Shown here piece by piece: positions 55,901 to 63,460 of a stretch of DNA of 63,460 nucleotides (position 1 is its first letter; each line of letters begins with the position of its first letter). A program made the translations under genes and the position numbers. Source of the stretch: Octopus bimaculoides (lineage: Eukaryota); NCBI RefSeq assembly GCF_001194135.2, contig NC_068994.1, positions 5,890,944 to 5,954,403 of the forward strand. Reading direction: 5' to 3'. The notes beneath the pieces are model-generated. The model was not told the origin of the DNA and made no database searches. It worked only from the letters and a program-made list of their open reading frames with translations.

Positions 55901-58900
55901 CCATCACTCAGTTTTCTTCTCTTTTTTTTTTAGCATCAACCAAGATGCCATCAATAATCTTCTGGAATTAACTAAATCAAGACCAAAGCCAGTTTGTCCA
56001 GCCTTCATCTTGGAATCACTGGATCTTGACAATTCCTCCATTGACTCTGTCAGCAGGTTTTGTAGCAGCAACTATTCTTTATTTTAACATTTTATTTATT
56101 TATATTCATATTTGCTTAGTTAGGCCTGGCTGTGTAGAAATATTCTGAAACGTGTTTGTCTGTTTGTCTCAGCCAACATCAAAAAAGAACTCTGGTCCCA
56201 GCTAAGCTTTGGTTTCAATCAGATAGTGAGATGGTGGTACATATAATACCATGGCCATCACTCACAAGTCAATATGACCTGGTAGCACTACTATCATCAT
56301 CATCATCATTGCATTGGTCTGGTGGAGTTTATTAAGGCAGATTTTCTACCTTGGGTGCCCTTCCTGTCACCAACCCCCACATATTTCCAAGTAAAATAAC
56401 AGTTTTTTCAGACATATTTTTCACAAAATGTCGCAAATGAATGGCACCGCTTGTATGACAGGGACACTCTAAAATTGTAATCGTGGTCGATGCCAGTGTC
56501 ACGTAACTGGCACATGAGCAGTGCCCTTTACACTCTTGGAGTGGTTGACATTAGGAAGGGCATCCATCTGTACTTATGTTTCTGCTAATTGTTTTAATAA
56601 GATGCATGGCTTCATCTGCAAAATTTTAAGACAGTCGTAGAAGTTAGTCTTGATATGTTTTTTGTATCTTAGGATTCACTGTCGTGATATTCTTTTCAGG
56701 ACTGTCCCAGAATCTTCCAGTCATCCTCACTGTGATAAACAACAACCACCACCACCACCCACGTTAAACAGAGACTATGTGGTCAGTGACGGAGACAGAG
56801 TGGCATCATCTCAAACAAGGAATAATGAAGAGCAGGTAATTTATTTTGCTTTCGATGCTGGAGATCTTGCTGATGCTGGTGCCACCTCGCCAGTGCTGGT
56901 GCCATGTGAAAAGTACCTGGTTCCCTCTGTAAAGTGGCTGGCTTTAGGAAGGACATCCAGCCATTGAAACCTTGCCAAAACTGACAGTAGAGCTTGGTAC
57001 AGTCCTCTGACTTACCAGCTCCTATCAAGCCATCCAACCCATGCTAGCATGGAAGATGAACATAAAATGATGATGATGTAACCGGTTCATCAGGACTGAT
57101 TCAGTAAGCAATCAATTGATCACTGCATTGTGGTGGGCGGCAGTGGTGCCACTGCCACCACTGCTGTCTTATATCTAGAATTTCACCAAATTCTTAAAGA
57201 TAGCTATGGAACCCATATTAATCATAGCAAGACACATCAGGAAGTTATAAAATAAAGTACCAGCCAAGTTAGGATTAATAGTAAGAATTAATCCCTCCCC
57301 CTTAAATTGCTAACCAAACCAGCTCCCTATGGTCTCTGTGTACAGTTTGAAAGTGGGCAATAATTCCCTCGTGGGGAAGGGATTCCTTCGTGGGGAAGGG
57401 GTTCCCTCACCCTTGCTACAGCTTATGAAATGTTTTTATTTCCATATCATTCACTAACTTTAGTAATGAAGACACTTGACTCATCTTAAAGACAGGGTCA
57501 GCTGTCTTCAGAATAGGGGCCAAACAGGGGTTTTCGTGCATGATTTACATTGAATGTGTTCATCTATTTGCGTGGTGCCTCTTAATTCCAAAATGTAATT
57601 TAAAGTTCAAAATATAGAGTACAAGATTGAAATTTTTTAAAATAACAAAATAGTGTACAAGTCTAAAGACTGAAACCAGTAAAAGGATATATGAATATAT
57701 ATTCTATATCTCATGTTTTGTTATCATTTCAGATTGCTGGTGCTGTCAGTTCCTGCCCCATTTCATTAAACCATCTTCCATTGGAATCTGCTTCACCTGA
57801 CGCCAACTGTGGGTTCTTGACAAAGATGAGGTCTGGAGATATCAGGCAAGAGAGGTCATCAGCATTAATGTTTAAACCAAACACTGCTGAACAGATGCCG
57901 CCATTGGCAATATCACATCCCAGCACTGTTGGAGAAGAAGTGTTATTGCAGAGTTCACAGCCCAACATGTCTGAAAATAAACAGCTACTTCTGACCACTA
58001 AGACCTGTGATTCTTTTCATAAAGGTTCGCTGTTGAATAATAATGCTAACATTCCCAGAGATAAGAATTTAATATACAGTACCAATGAGAACATTCCCAG
58101 AATTAAAGAGCAGCTACAAACAACAGCCCATAACATTCTTGGAGATAACAGATTACTACAGGGCTCAGTACCTAACACTGTCCAAGACAATAATGTATTT
58201 CCCATCATTAAGTCCAGCATTCCAAATAATGAAGGCGCTCAGTGCTGTGGTAACCATGACCTTCCCTACAGTGATGGTCTGCTACAGAATATTGTTCCTT
58301 ACATGTCCCAAGATGAAGACCTGCAGTGCAGCATTGACTTAGATATCGTTCAAGATGAAGAAGAATTACAATGTTGTACAGTTCCTGCAATCAGTTCTGG
58401 TTCAAGGTTAACACAGAGTAATGTGCAAGAGGGTCACCAACTGATGACACCCCAAGACTTCACCTTATTAAGCCTTAGTGTCAGCAATGTTCTCCAGGGT
58501 AGCAGCATTGATTCAGACATGCATGACAAATTACCATCAACTACAGAGTGTAGCCAGTCACAGTTGATTGAAGAAATTTCACACTTGAAGCAGTTAATGC
58601 TGGACTACAAACAGGGCCGTCTCAGACTTAGGTTTGTACATTAAACCATTCTGCTTATTTAATTGGCTGTTTGGGGGAAATTCTCAGACATGTGGGAATC
58701 CAAAGGTTATGTTGCTCCCTTTAGGGTGCAATATGGATACACAGATGTTTATCATGGACACTACAGTGACACAGCTGTTTGTACATGGTTATTACATTGA
58801 TAAAGCTATCCGTATTGTATAGTAGTGGCAAAGCCATCTGTACTAGTAAAGTTGAGTGGCAGAACTGTGTGAAGTGGGACATAATTGTTATCTGCAACAA

Positions 58901-59814
58901 ATATAGTGTAAAGGTAGGGGTCCACTTTGTTGCTAGCATTCGGTCCAAAGAATAATTTTCTCCTTTCTTCCCCAAAATTTCAGAAACCCTGAGACGTTTT
59001 GTGCATGTTTTATTTCTTCATCAGACAAACTTTTACAAAAAAATAAGAACAAGATTTTGGCAATACCTTCAAATATATTGTACCTTGTCACTTCAAATTG
59101 ATCTGTATTTGAACCATCTTTTATAGTTCATTGCGGACATATAAACAGCAGTTGCAGAGTTGGCAGAGCAACATGCAGGAACGCTCCATGTTACAAACCG
59201 TGGCAGCTGAACTGGCAGAGGTAAGTATTGTCGTTGTCTATATTTGATTATTAATGTGTTTGTGTCTATGTGAATATATTTTGTAATGCAACGAGATTAT
59301 GTCTACCATTGGATTATGTCTACCATTGGAGTTTAATCCCCAAAGCAGTCTTCGTTCAACAGTAATGCCCCAGTTGTTGGCCGTAACCTAAATCATATGA
59401 TGGTGTTCCTCTTTTACTTCTTTCACTCAATGGGCTGCGGCCATGCTGGGGCATCACCACTGAAGAATTTTTAGCCGAATGAATCAACCCAAGTACTTAT
59501 TTTCTTTTTAAACCTAGTACTTATCCTATCAGTCTCTTCTGCCAAACTGCTAAGTCATGTGGACATAAACACACCAACACTGGTCGTCAAACAGTGATGG
59601 GGGACAAACAGACACGAACACACACACACACACACATGTATCAATATATATGTTACTAATTTTCTGTTTTGTTTTGTTTTTTTTTTTGTCTATTTCCCAG
59701 ACAGAACATAGTATTTCTACTCTGAAAACTTCTCTCAGAACACAGAGACAGCGGATCAAATCCAAATTAAAGCAGATCAATCTCAAGATCCATCTTTTAC
59801 CTGGTCAGCATTAA
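31892..59814 (+). CDS. SFI1: SFI1 centrin-binding centriolar protein, about 1592 aa, 31 coding exons
   Basis: [25 protein letters not shown] resembles the SFI1 N-terminal signature as recalled; W-anchored 33-aa repeats; all hand-called exons splice in frame (total 4779 nt) to a stop at 59812-59814. Confidence 0.9.
32948..33037 (+). CDS. SFI1: SFI1 exon 2
   Basis: VSKIEGKCLQNWRPSMENCNRLCSTKIPK; phase 2-2; weak donor gtagtt. Confidence 0.55.
33280..33540 (-). mobile_element. Possible decayed LINE ORF2 C-terminal remnant
   Basis: Stop-ridden reverse frames give LMLVGHMSH..SILW and TAQSVA*DDLS*, loosely like RTE ORF2 ends. Confidence 0.25.
34221..34349 (+). CDS. SFI1: SFI1 exon 3
   Basis: TKGHTSR...[19 protein letters not shown]; in-frame alternative acceptors at 34161 and 34167. 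Confidence 0.85.
34584..34808. mobile_element. hAT-type MITE, decayed
   Basis: Starts CAGTGGCTCTCAAC, ends GGACCACTG; related copy at about 51283-51435 ending GGTTGGGAACCACTA. Confidence 0.55.
34925..35065 (+). mobile_element. Family A repeat, sense
   Basis: CCAGATCAGATTGGAGCCTGGTGCAGCC...GGACGTTAAACGATGAT. Confidence 0.8.
35115..35186 (+). CDS. SFI1: SFI1 exon 4
   Basis: [24 protein letters not shown]. Confidence 0.9.
35200..35700. repeat. Degenerate G/T-rich minisatellite-like tract in SFI1 intron 4
   Basis: Recurring GTACTGTGGAGCTGGGGTGATAT-like units. Confidence 0.6.
36040..36432 (+). mobile_element. Family C SINE with internal microsatellite
   Basis: Head, (TA)/(TG) core and 3' module, as at 40240. 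Confidence 0.8.
36604..36714 (+). CDS. SFI1: SFI1 exon 5
   Basis: AHWRRCILRKTFSVWYDIWWVQRKEWRMNIRAICLL. Confidence 0.9.
37751..37845 (+). CDS. SFI1: SFI1 exon 6
   Basis: YQQRTKVLHRWKQFVLLSKEKRSKSALASFH. Confidence 0.88.
38108..38450 (-). mobile_element. Family A repeat, antisense, long
   Basis: (CAT)n tail plus internal ATGCCACC...GGCAACG repeats. Confidence 0.85.
38605..38722 (+). CDS. SFI1: SFI1 exon 7
   Basis: SRYLKQRSLTLWQHYLTRRHSKNQMSLLAKDFHTRKLFR. Confidence 0.85.
38984..39086 (+). CDS. SFI1: SFI1 exon 8
   Basis: RCWSQWLRETDRAAIRKEQERIATSLHHSHILMT. Confidence 0.88.
39264..39581 (+). mobile_element. Family B SINE
   Basis: Similar to 4188-4507 along its length. Confidence 0.85.
39718..39874 (+). 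CDS. SFI1: SFI1 exon 9
   Basis: AWKIWCRANEDIK...LLRLTYTKWMSYIALRREKTYQK. Confidence 0.88.
40240..40670 (+). mobile_element. Family C SINE, full length
   Basis: GGCGTGGCTGCGTGGTAAG (A box), GGGTTCAGTCCC (B box), CACCTTGGGTAAGTG, internal microsatellite, 3' module. Confidence 0.88.
40699..40860 (+). CDS. SFI1: SFI1 exon 10
   Basis: VADRFFKEKICDQSFRAW...SLRTMWLHWRI; followed by U12 donor GTATCCTTT. Confidence 0.9.
40861..41908 (+). other. U12-type (minor spliceosome) GT-AG intron
   Basis: 5' site GTATCCTTTT; branch TCCTTAAT at 41889-41896, ending 12 nt before the 3' end of the intron; phase 1. Confidence 0.88.
40880..41190 (+). mobile_element. Family H repeat sharing the family A tail
   Basis: CTTGATATCATGTGATAGTTGTA...ACAGGAAGGGCATCTGGCCATAGAA...CAAGCATGGAAAAG; copies near 42185, 50860, 53690(-), 56300(-), 62250(-). 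Confidence 0.6.
41909..41979 (+). CDS. SFI1: SFI1 exon 11
   Basis: YIEMCKQKRNQFYVAVNYYRLRLL; donor gtgagt. Confidence 0.88.
42524..42616 (+). CDS. SFI1: SFI1 exon 12
   Basis: KYGMAGFYLNWNQKKRLRTLSNLCKGIHKRQ. Confidence 0.85.
43758..43855 (+). CDS. SFI1: SFI1 exon 13
   Basis: LLKMSWNYWSDRLDSKYDQRLIPLTQRAQSFYR. Confidence 0.88.
44577..44643 (+). CDS. SFI1: SFI1 exon 14
   Basis: LRLLQKFFDAWFHYTAWRIQCQ. Confidence 0.88.
45279..45409 (+). CDS. SFI1: SFI1 exon 15
   Basis: AQHSRAKAHFYVTILPKVFYHW...QAEEYWR. Confidence 0.9.
46025..46106 (+). CDS. SFI1: SFI1 exon 16
   Basis: DNLTAKVFALWQEAAVKKHEVRRMEVM. Confidence 0.9.
46432..46637 (+). mobile_element. Penelope-like element terminal repeat fragment in SFI1 intron 16
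   Basis: Reverse-complement match to 5192-5350. Confidence 0.65.
46512..46547 (+). ncRNA. Degenerate hammerhead ribozyme motif
   Basis: CTTT-CAGTTGA-A-GAGC-ATAG-GCTC-GAAA-T-GTC-AAAG. Confidence 0.45.
46790..46870 (+). CDS. SFI1: SFI1 exon 17
   Basis: AIVHYNRVTMCKTLATWKKRTSQCHLV; donor ambiguous (46870 or 46874). Confidence 0.8.
47689..47774 (+). CDS. SFI1: SFI1 exon 18
   Basis: DEACYHRQKATLRRFFLAWRQYIEDIHN. Confidence 0.88.
48350..48425 (+). CDS. SFI1: SFI1 exon 19
   Basis: NRLEMLATVCYYSHIQRRCLAAWIQ. Confidence 0.88.
48464..48806 (+). mobile_element. IS630-Tc1-mariner (DDD-type) transposon 3' remnant: transposase C-terminus plus TIR
   Basis: SPNLTVCDLFLWGYVKSTV, then frameshift to LEEIKISISEAVRMITPDMLQSVWTELDHRNDVCRVTRGAHIECL*; ends GTGGATACCCTG|TA. 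Confidence 0.88.
48838..49010 (+). CDS. SFI1: SFI1 exon 20
   Basis: YHQTCQQKQ...YCKYFFAWRLYITQ...ARHKILK. Confidence 0.9.
50169..50271 (+). CDS. SFI1: SFI1 exon 21
   Basis: ERFRHWYTVSRHGVHNRQQEQTAAVFYNRNLLSK. Confidence 0.9.
50326..50775 (-). mobile_element. Family A repeat, antisense, long
   Basis: Reverse complement of 51938-52388. Confidence 0.85.
51176..51272 (+). CDS. SFI1: SFI1 exon 22
   Basis: IMFTWRAYSAIHAYKKSETRSWVATVQTTLEQ. Confidence 0.88.
51718..51878 (+). CDS. SFI1: SFI1 exon 23
   Basis: RRLWRMYNVWQ...HHRRKLLSKTFAAWTHWVVNNYKKK. Confidence 0.9.
51938..52388 (+). mobile_element. Family A repeat, sense, long
   Basis: Internal repeats plus tail GCGGACGTTAAACAACGATGATGAT. Confidence 0.85.
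53203..53352 (+). CDS. SFI1: SFI1 exon 24
   Basis: LLKMQADWF...AFAVWQQQL...ALWHWSTTLQRK. Confidence 0.9.
54098..54274 (+). CDS. SFI1: SFI1 exon 25
   Basis: VFRGWRKFVCDSVRKKSRIQAA...LLRQGLQKWL...TQQTQ. Confidence 0.9.
54622..54941 (+). mobile_element. Family B SINE
   Basis: Similar to 4188-4507. Confidence 0.85.
55151..55362 (+). CDS. SFI1: SFI1 exon 26
   Basis: EALSTFCLAQKFALRWKLYV...INRGSW. Confidence 0.85.
55934..56056 (+). CDS. SFI1: SFI1 exon 27
   Basis: INQDAINNLLELTKSRPKPVCPAFILESLDL... Confidence 0.8.
56700..56835 (+). CDS. SFI1: SFI1 exon 28
   Basis: TVPESSSHPHCDKQQPPPPP...RNNEEQ; phase 2-0 fits both neighbours. Confidence 0.7.
57733..58631 (+). CDS. SFI1: SFI1 exon 29 (899 nt, low complexity plus C-terminal helix)
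   Basis: Open 300 codons, tttcag / gtttgt; ends EEISHLKQLMLDYKQGRLRL. Confidence 0.85.
59127..59220 (+). CDS. SFI1: SFI1 exon 30
   Basis: SLRTYKQQLQSWQSNMQERSMLQTVAAELAE; donor gtaagt. Confidence 0.85.
59701..59814 (+). CDS. SFI1: SFI1 exon 31 (terminal)
   Basis: TEHSISTLKTSLRTQRQRIKSKLKQINLKIHLLPGQH*; long pyrimidine tract before cccag. Confidence 0.82.
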   Translation, partial: TEHSISTLKTSLRTQRQRIKSKLKQINLKIHLLPGQH

Positions 59815-61494
59815 AGTTCAGACACAACATCTGCTGACCTCTCTCTCTCTCTCCATATATATATATATATATATATCTACTTCATTTTATGGTCAGTTGT
59901 CATTCCTTCAGAAAGTGGACAGTGAAATATCTTCACAACACGGACATCTGTCTTTGTCAGTAGTTGACCAGTTGCCTTCCTATAAGGTGGACACATCTAT
60001 CACTTTGTTACCTTTCTCAGGAAATGGTCCCTTTTCTCCTCAAAACATCCACAGCTGCCTCACCAAGAGATGGACATTTTACTACATTCTGGAATTGGTC
60101 AGCTTGTTATTACTGTTGTTATTGTTGTTGTTGTTGTTATAGCCCTGGGTTGGTGCTCACTGTGTCTGTGGAGTGCTCAGCCACTTGTTCGTTAATTCCA
60201 CATGCAGGCTGTTCCATTGATCGGATCAACTGGTACCCTCATCAACATAATCAACGGAGTGCCAGTAACTTTGTCGTTGTTAATCTGGTGTTCAGAACAT
60301 TAATGAAAATAAAATTTTCGATTGGAAATTTTAATTTAGATCCCTTTACAACAGAAACATTGAAACATAGACCGAAAGGCAGCCATGGACAGGTTGGCAT
60401 TGAAAGGGGTTGTCATGGGAGGGTTAAATTTGAGTGAAATTTTGTCTGCTGCTACCAGAAGTTCAAATGACCATCTAAAACACAATCCCACATTGACCTC
60501 CCATTGGTCAGCTCACTCTTGAAGTGGACAGTTATCATCTCTTCAATTAATGGTCAGTTATGTTGTTCCAGAAAACTTTTATGTATTATCTGCTGCTTCC
60601 ACAGAAAATAGTGAACTTATCAGAATGTGAACATGTAACAAATCTTCTACTTTGTAATTCTTTGTTATATGAAATATTTTAGCTTTTTTTTATATAAATA
60701 TTTTTCTATAGAAATAAATAAAGTTATATTTTTTTATGAATTTTGTTATTGTTAATTTATATCAAGGTTTTTTGTTGTTCTTGTTCTTGTTTATCTCCAA
60801 TCTGACTTGATCCAGTAAACTTGTGAGCAGAAGTATTTCTATTAAGATCATCTTGCCTTTTTATTTCAAACATAGTATATCTTGGACTACATAATACGCT
60901 ATGTTTTTCCTTTATTTTTAAGGGTGGCATGTGGTTTGAGAAACATTTGGCTGCTATATCTAACAGGTTTAGTGAATGTGTAGCAACACTGTTGGCTTAT
61001 TTTAAATTCACTGTTGTTAATACTGTAGTTATCTAGCCTTGTACCTAAGATAGGAGCTACTGCTATTATTAATACCCTGCGCATGTAAGCGAAAGCAGGG
61101 TATTGTAATCACTCATCTGTGTGTTTGCAAAATTACTGGAAAAGAGCTGAACAGATTTTCACCACATTTGGCAGAAATACTCATTGGGTGAGTGGCTCAA
61201 AATGATGAACATTTGGTTTGCTTTATAAAAAAATTAAAGTATTTAAAAAATTGAACGTACAAATTTCCCAATGAACAAGTGGTCGTTATTTTGTTCACTT
61301 TCTTTTTCATATGAATCGACCCTCTTCTACATGTCTATAGATCATAGTGTACCTATGCACCTAGACATGTGTGCCTACATACATACATACATACATACAT
61401 GAATATATAGATATGCGATTGTGTATGTACAGTGATGGATTCAAGGGTGTTGGTGGTGGTGGCACAGTATATTATACGATACTGTTTTCAAATT

Positions 61495-61692
61495 TTGGTA
61501 CAAGGCCAGCAATTTCAGGGAAGGGGTAAGTCAATTACATTGACCCCAGTACACAACTAGTACTTAATTTATCAACCCCAAAAGAATGAAAGGCAAAGTT
61601 GACCTTGGCAGAATTTGAACTCAGAATGTAAAGACAGACAAAATACCACTAAGCATTTTGCCTGGCATGCTAACGATTCTGCCAGCTCGCCA
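61495..61692 (-). mobile_element. Family D SINE
   Basis: CAAGGCCAGCAATTT...GAATTTGAACTCAGAATG...CTGCCAGCTCGCC. Confidence 0.8.
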
Positions 61693-62217
61693 CACTGCTA
61701 TATTATATAATATTACCAATGGCTATTGACCGAAGGAGATATTAGTGTCTTACAAAGGGGACATAACCTTTCTTAGCTCAATATATTACCAGTGACTAAA
61801 AACAAACACATTTAATCAAACACACAGCCCTTTATATTGTTCAATGTAAGCAGAGAAAATCAATCATTGTAGATCTATAAATACATATATATATATATAT
61901 ATATATTGCACTCACTTCTAAGACATGACATACCAAAGACAATGTACAAATAAAAAGTTTTAAAAAATAAAACAAGCAAACAATAGATAATGTGTTATCT
62001 TAAATGATTATCAATAATAGCTGGTGGACTCGGGAAGTACAGATGGGCAAGGTGGAAGCTGACTATGCTATGGTCACCTTGGCTACAGAACAGATATAAG
62101 GAAAATACCAACTATTGATGCTTGACAACACAACTGTCATTATAGGCTTAATCATCACAACTCTGAAATTAATACATAGGTGTCTATTCACATATATACA
62201 TACATTCATACATACAT

Positions 62218-62252
<35 letters not shown>

Positions 62253-62534
62253 ACATCATCATCATCATCATCATCATTATCATTTTAACGTCCATTTTTT
62301 TCCATGCTTGCATGTGTTGAGTGAAGTTCAATGAGATAGATTTTCTATAACTAGATGCTTTTCCTGTCACCAACCTTCCAGGCAAGTTGATATATTTATA
62401 TATATGTATGTATGATATAATATATATATATATATANNNNNNNNNNNNNNNNNNNNNNNNNNNNNNNNNNNNNNNNNNNNNNNNNNNNNNNNNNNNNNNN
62501 NNNNNNNNNNNNNNNNNNNNNNNNNNNNNNNNNN

Positions 62535-62864
62535 GTGGTTGTGGGATTTGCTGTTTCAATTCCCGGACTGGGCGTTGTGAGTGTTTATTGAGCGAAAACA
62601 CCTAAAACCTCCACAAGGCTCCAGCAGGGGGTGGTGGCAACCCCTGCTGTGCTCTTTCTCTCACTCTTTCTTCCTGTTTCTGTTGTGCCTGTATTTCAAA
62701 GGGCCGGCCTCGTCACATTCTGTATCACACTGAATCTCCCCAAGAACTACGTTAAGGGCACACTTGTCTGTGGAATGCTCAGCCACTTACACATTAATTT
62801 CAGAAGACTGTTCCCTTGATCGGATCAACTGGAACCCTCATCGTTGTAACTAACAGAGTGCCAC
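62535..62864 (+). mobile_element. Family B-like SINE with an alternative central domain
   Basis: Different 5' half (GTGTTTATTGAGCGAAAACACC...CAGGGGGTGGTGGCAACCCCTG) joined to the family B 3' module. Confidence 0.75.
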
Positions 62865-63179
62865 AATATATATATATATTTATATATATCATTATATATA
62901 TATCATTCAAATATATATATAAAATAACGAAGGTGTCTAGATGCAATATAAAACCAAAAAGGAAAAATTCAGTTGTCGCCTAATAGTAACTGAGGGTGCA
63001 GGGTAGCACCTACATTGCTAGAAACAAGAGTCAAAAACCCTTATAGGCACAAAAAAGCACATTGTCTATGTACTGCCAGGGGAGATAACCACCCCTCAGA
63101 ATGTAAAGACGCACAAAATTCCGCTAAGTATTTCACCCGGCATGCTAATGATTCTGGCAGCTTGCCATCTTGTACGTGT

Positions 63180-63202
63180 GCATCTTTGCTTGATCTGCAT
63201 GC

Positions 63203-63236
<34 letters not shown>

Positions 63237-63460
63237 ATGTGCATTTTTGTGCATGTCTTTGTTCATGTATGCACATGCTCTGTGTACATATGCATGTATG
63301 TATGTGTGTGTGTGTGTTTTTGCGCATGTCTTTGTGTATGTGTGCACATGTTCTGTGTATATGTGTGCGGTGCGTGCATTTCCACGCGAGTATGTGTATA
63401 TGCATGTGTGTGTATGTTGTGTATGTGTGTGTGTGTATCTTTACACTTGCACACACATTA
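63180..63460. repeat. (GT)n/(ATGT)n degenerate microsatellite
   Basis: Direct reading. Confidence 0.9.

Noticed and set aside
59295-59328. 17-bp perfect tandem duplication GATTATGTCTACCATTG
   Set aside because: Ordinary slippage duplication in an intron

Overview
AT-rich, microsatellite-dense animal DNA with many N gaps. The repeat content looks like a coleoid cephalopod, probably Octopus (inference from repeat types, no database search). I hand-spliced three plus-strand genes: TEX261 (6 coding exons, 8068-14939, 204 aa), a STEAP2/3/4-type NADPH-dependent metalloreductase (a short candidate first exon plus one 1.4-kb exon, 25713-28545), and SFI1 (31 coding exons, 31892-59814, about 1592 aa, with 33-aa Trp-anchored repeats). 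The rest is several tRNA-headed SINE families, RTE-type tails, Tc1/mariner and hAT remnants, a Penelope-like repeat, and simple repeats. The strongest leads are: a minimal hammerhead-ribozyme motif with a variant core (CUGUUGA) in two Penelope-like copies, one in sense inside an SFI1 intron; a U12 minor-spliceosome intron in SFI1; an inverted SINE pair enclosing an in-frame 258-nt two-exon cassette (circRNA/ADAR candidate); a nearly intronless STEAP with a divergent extracellular loop; and a 14-aa repeat insert in SFI1. All coordinates were counted by hand; repeat boundaries are approximate.
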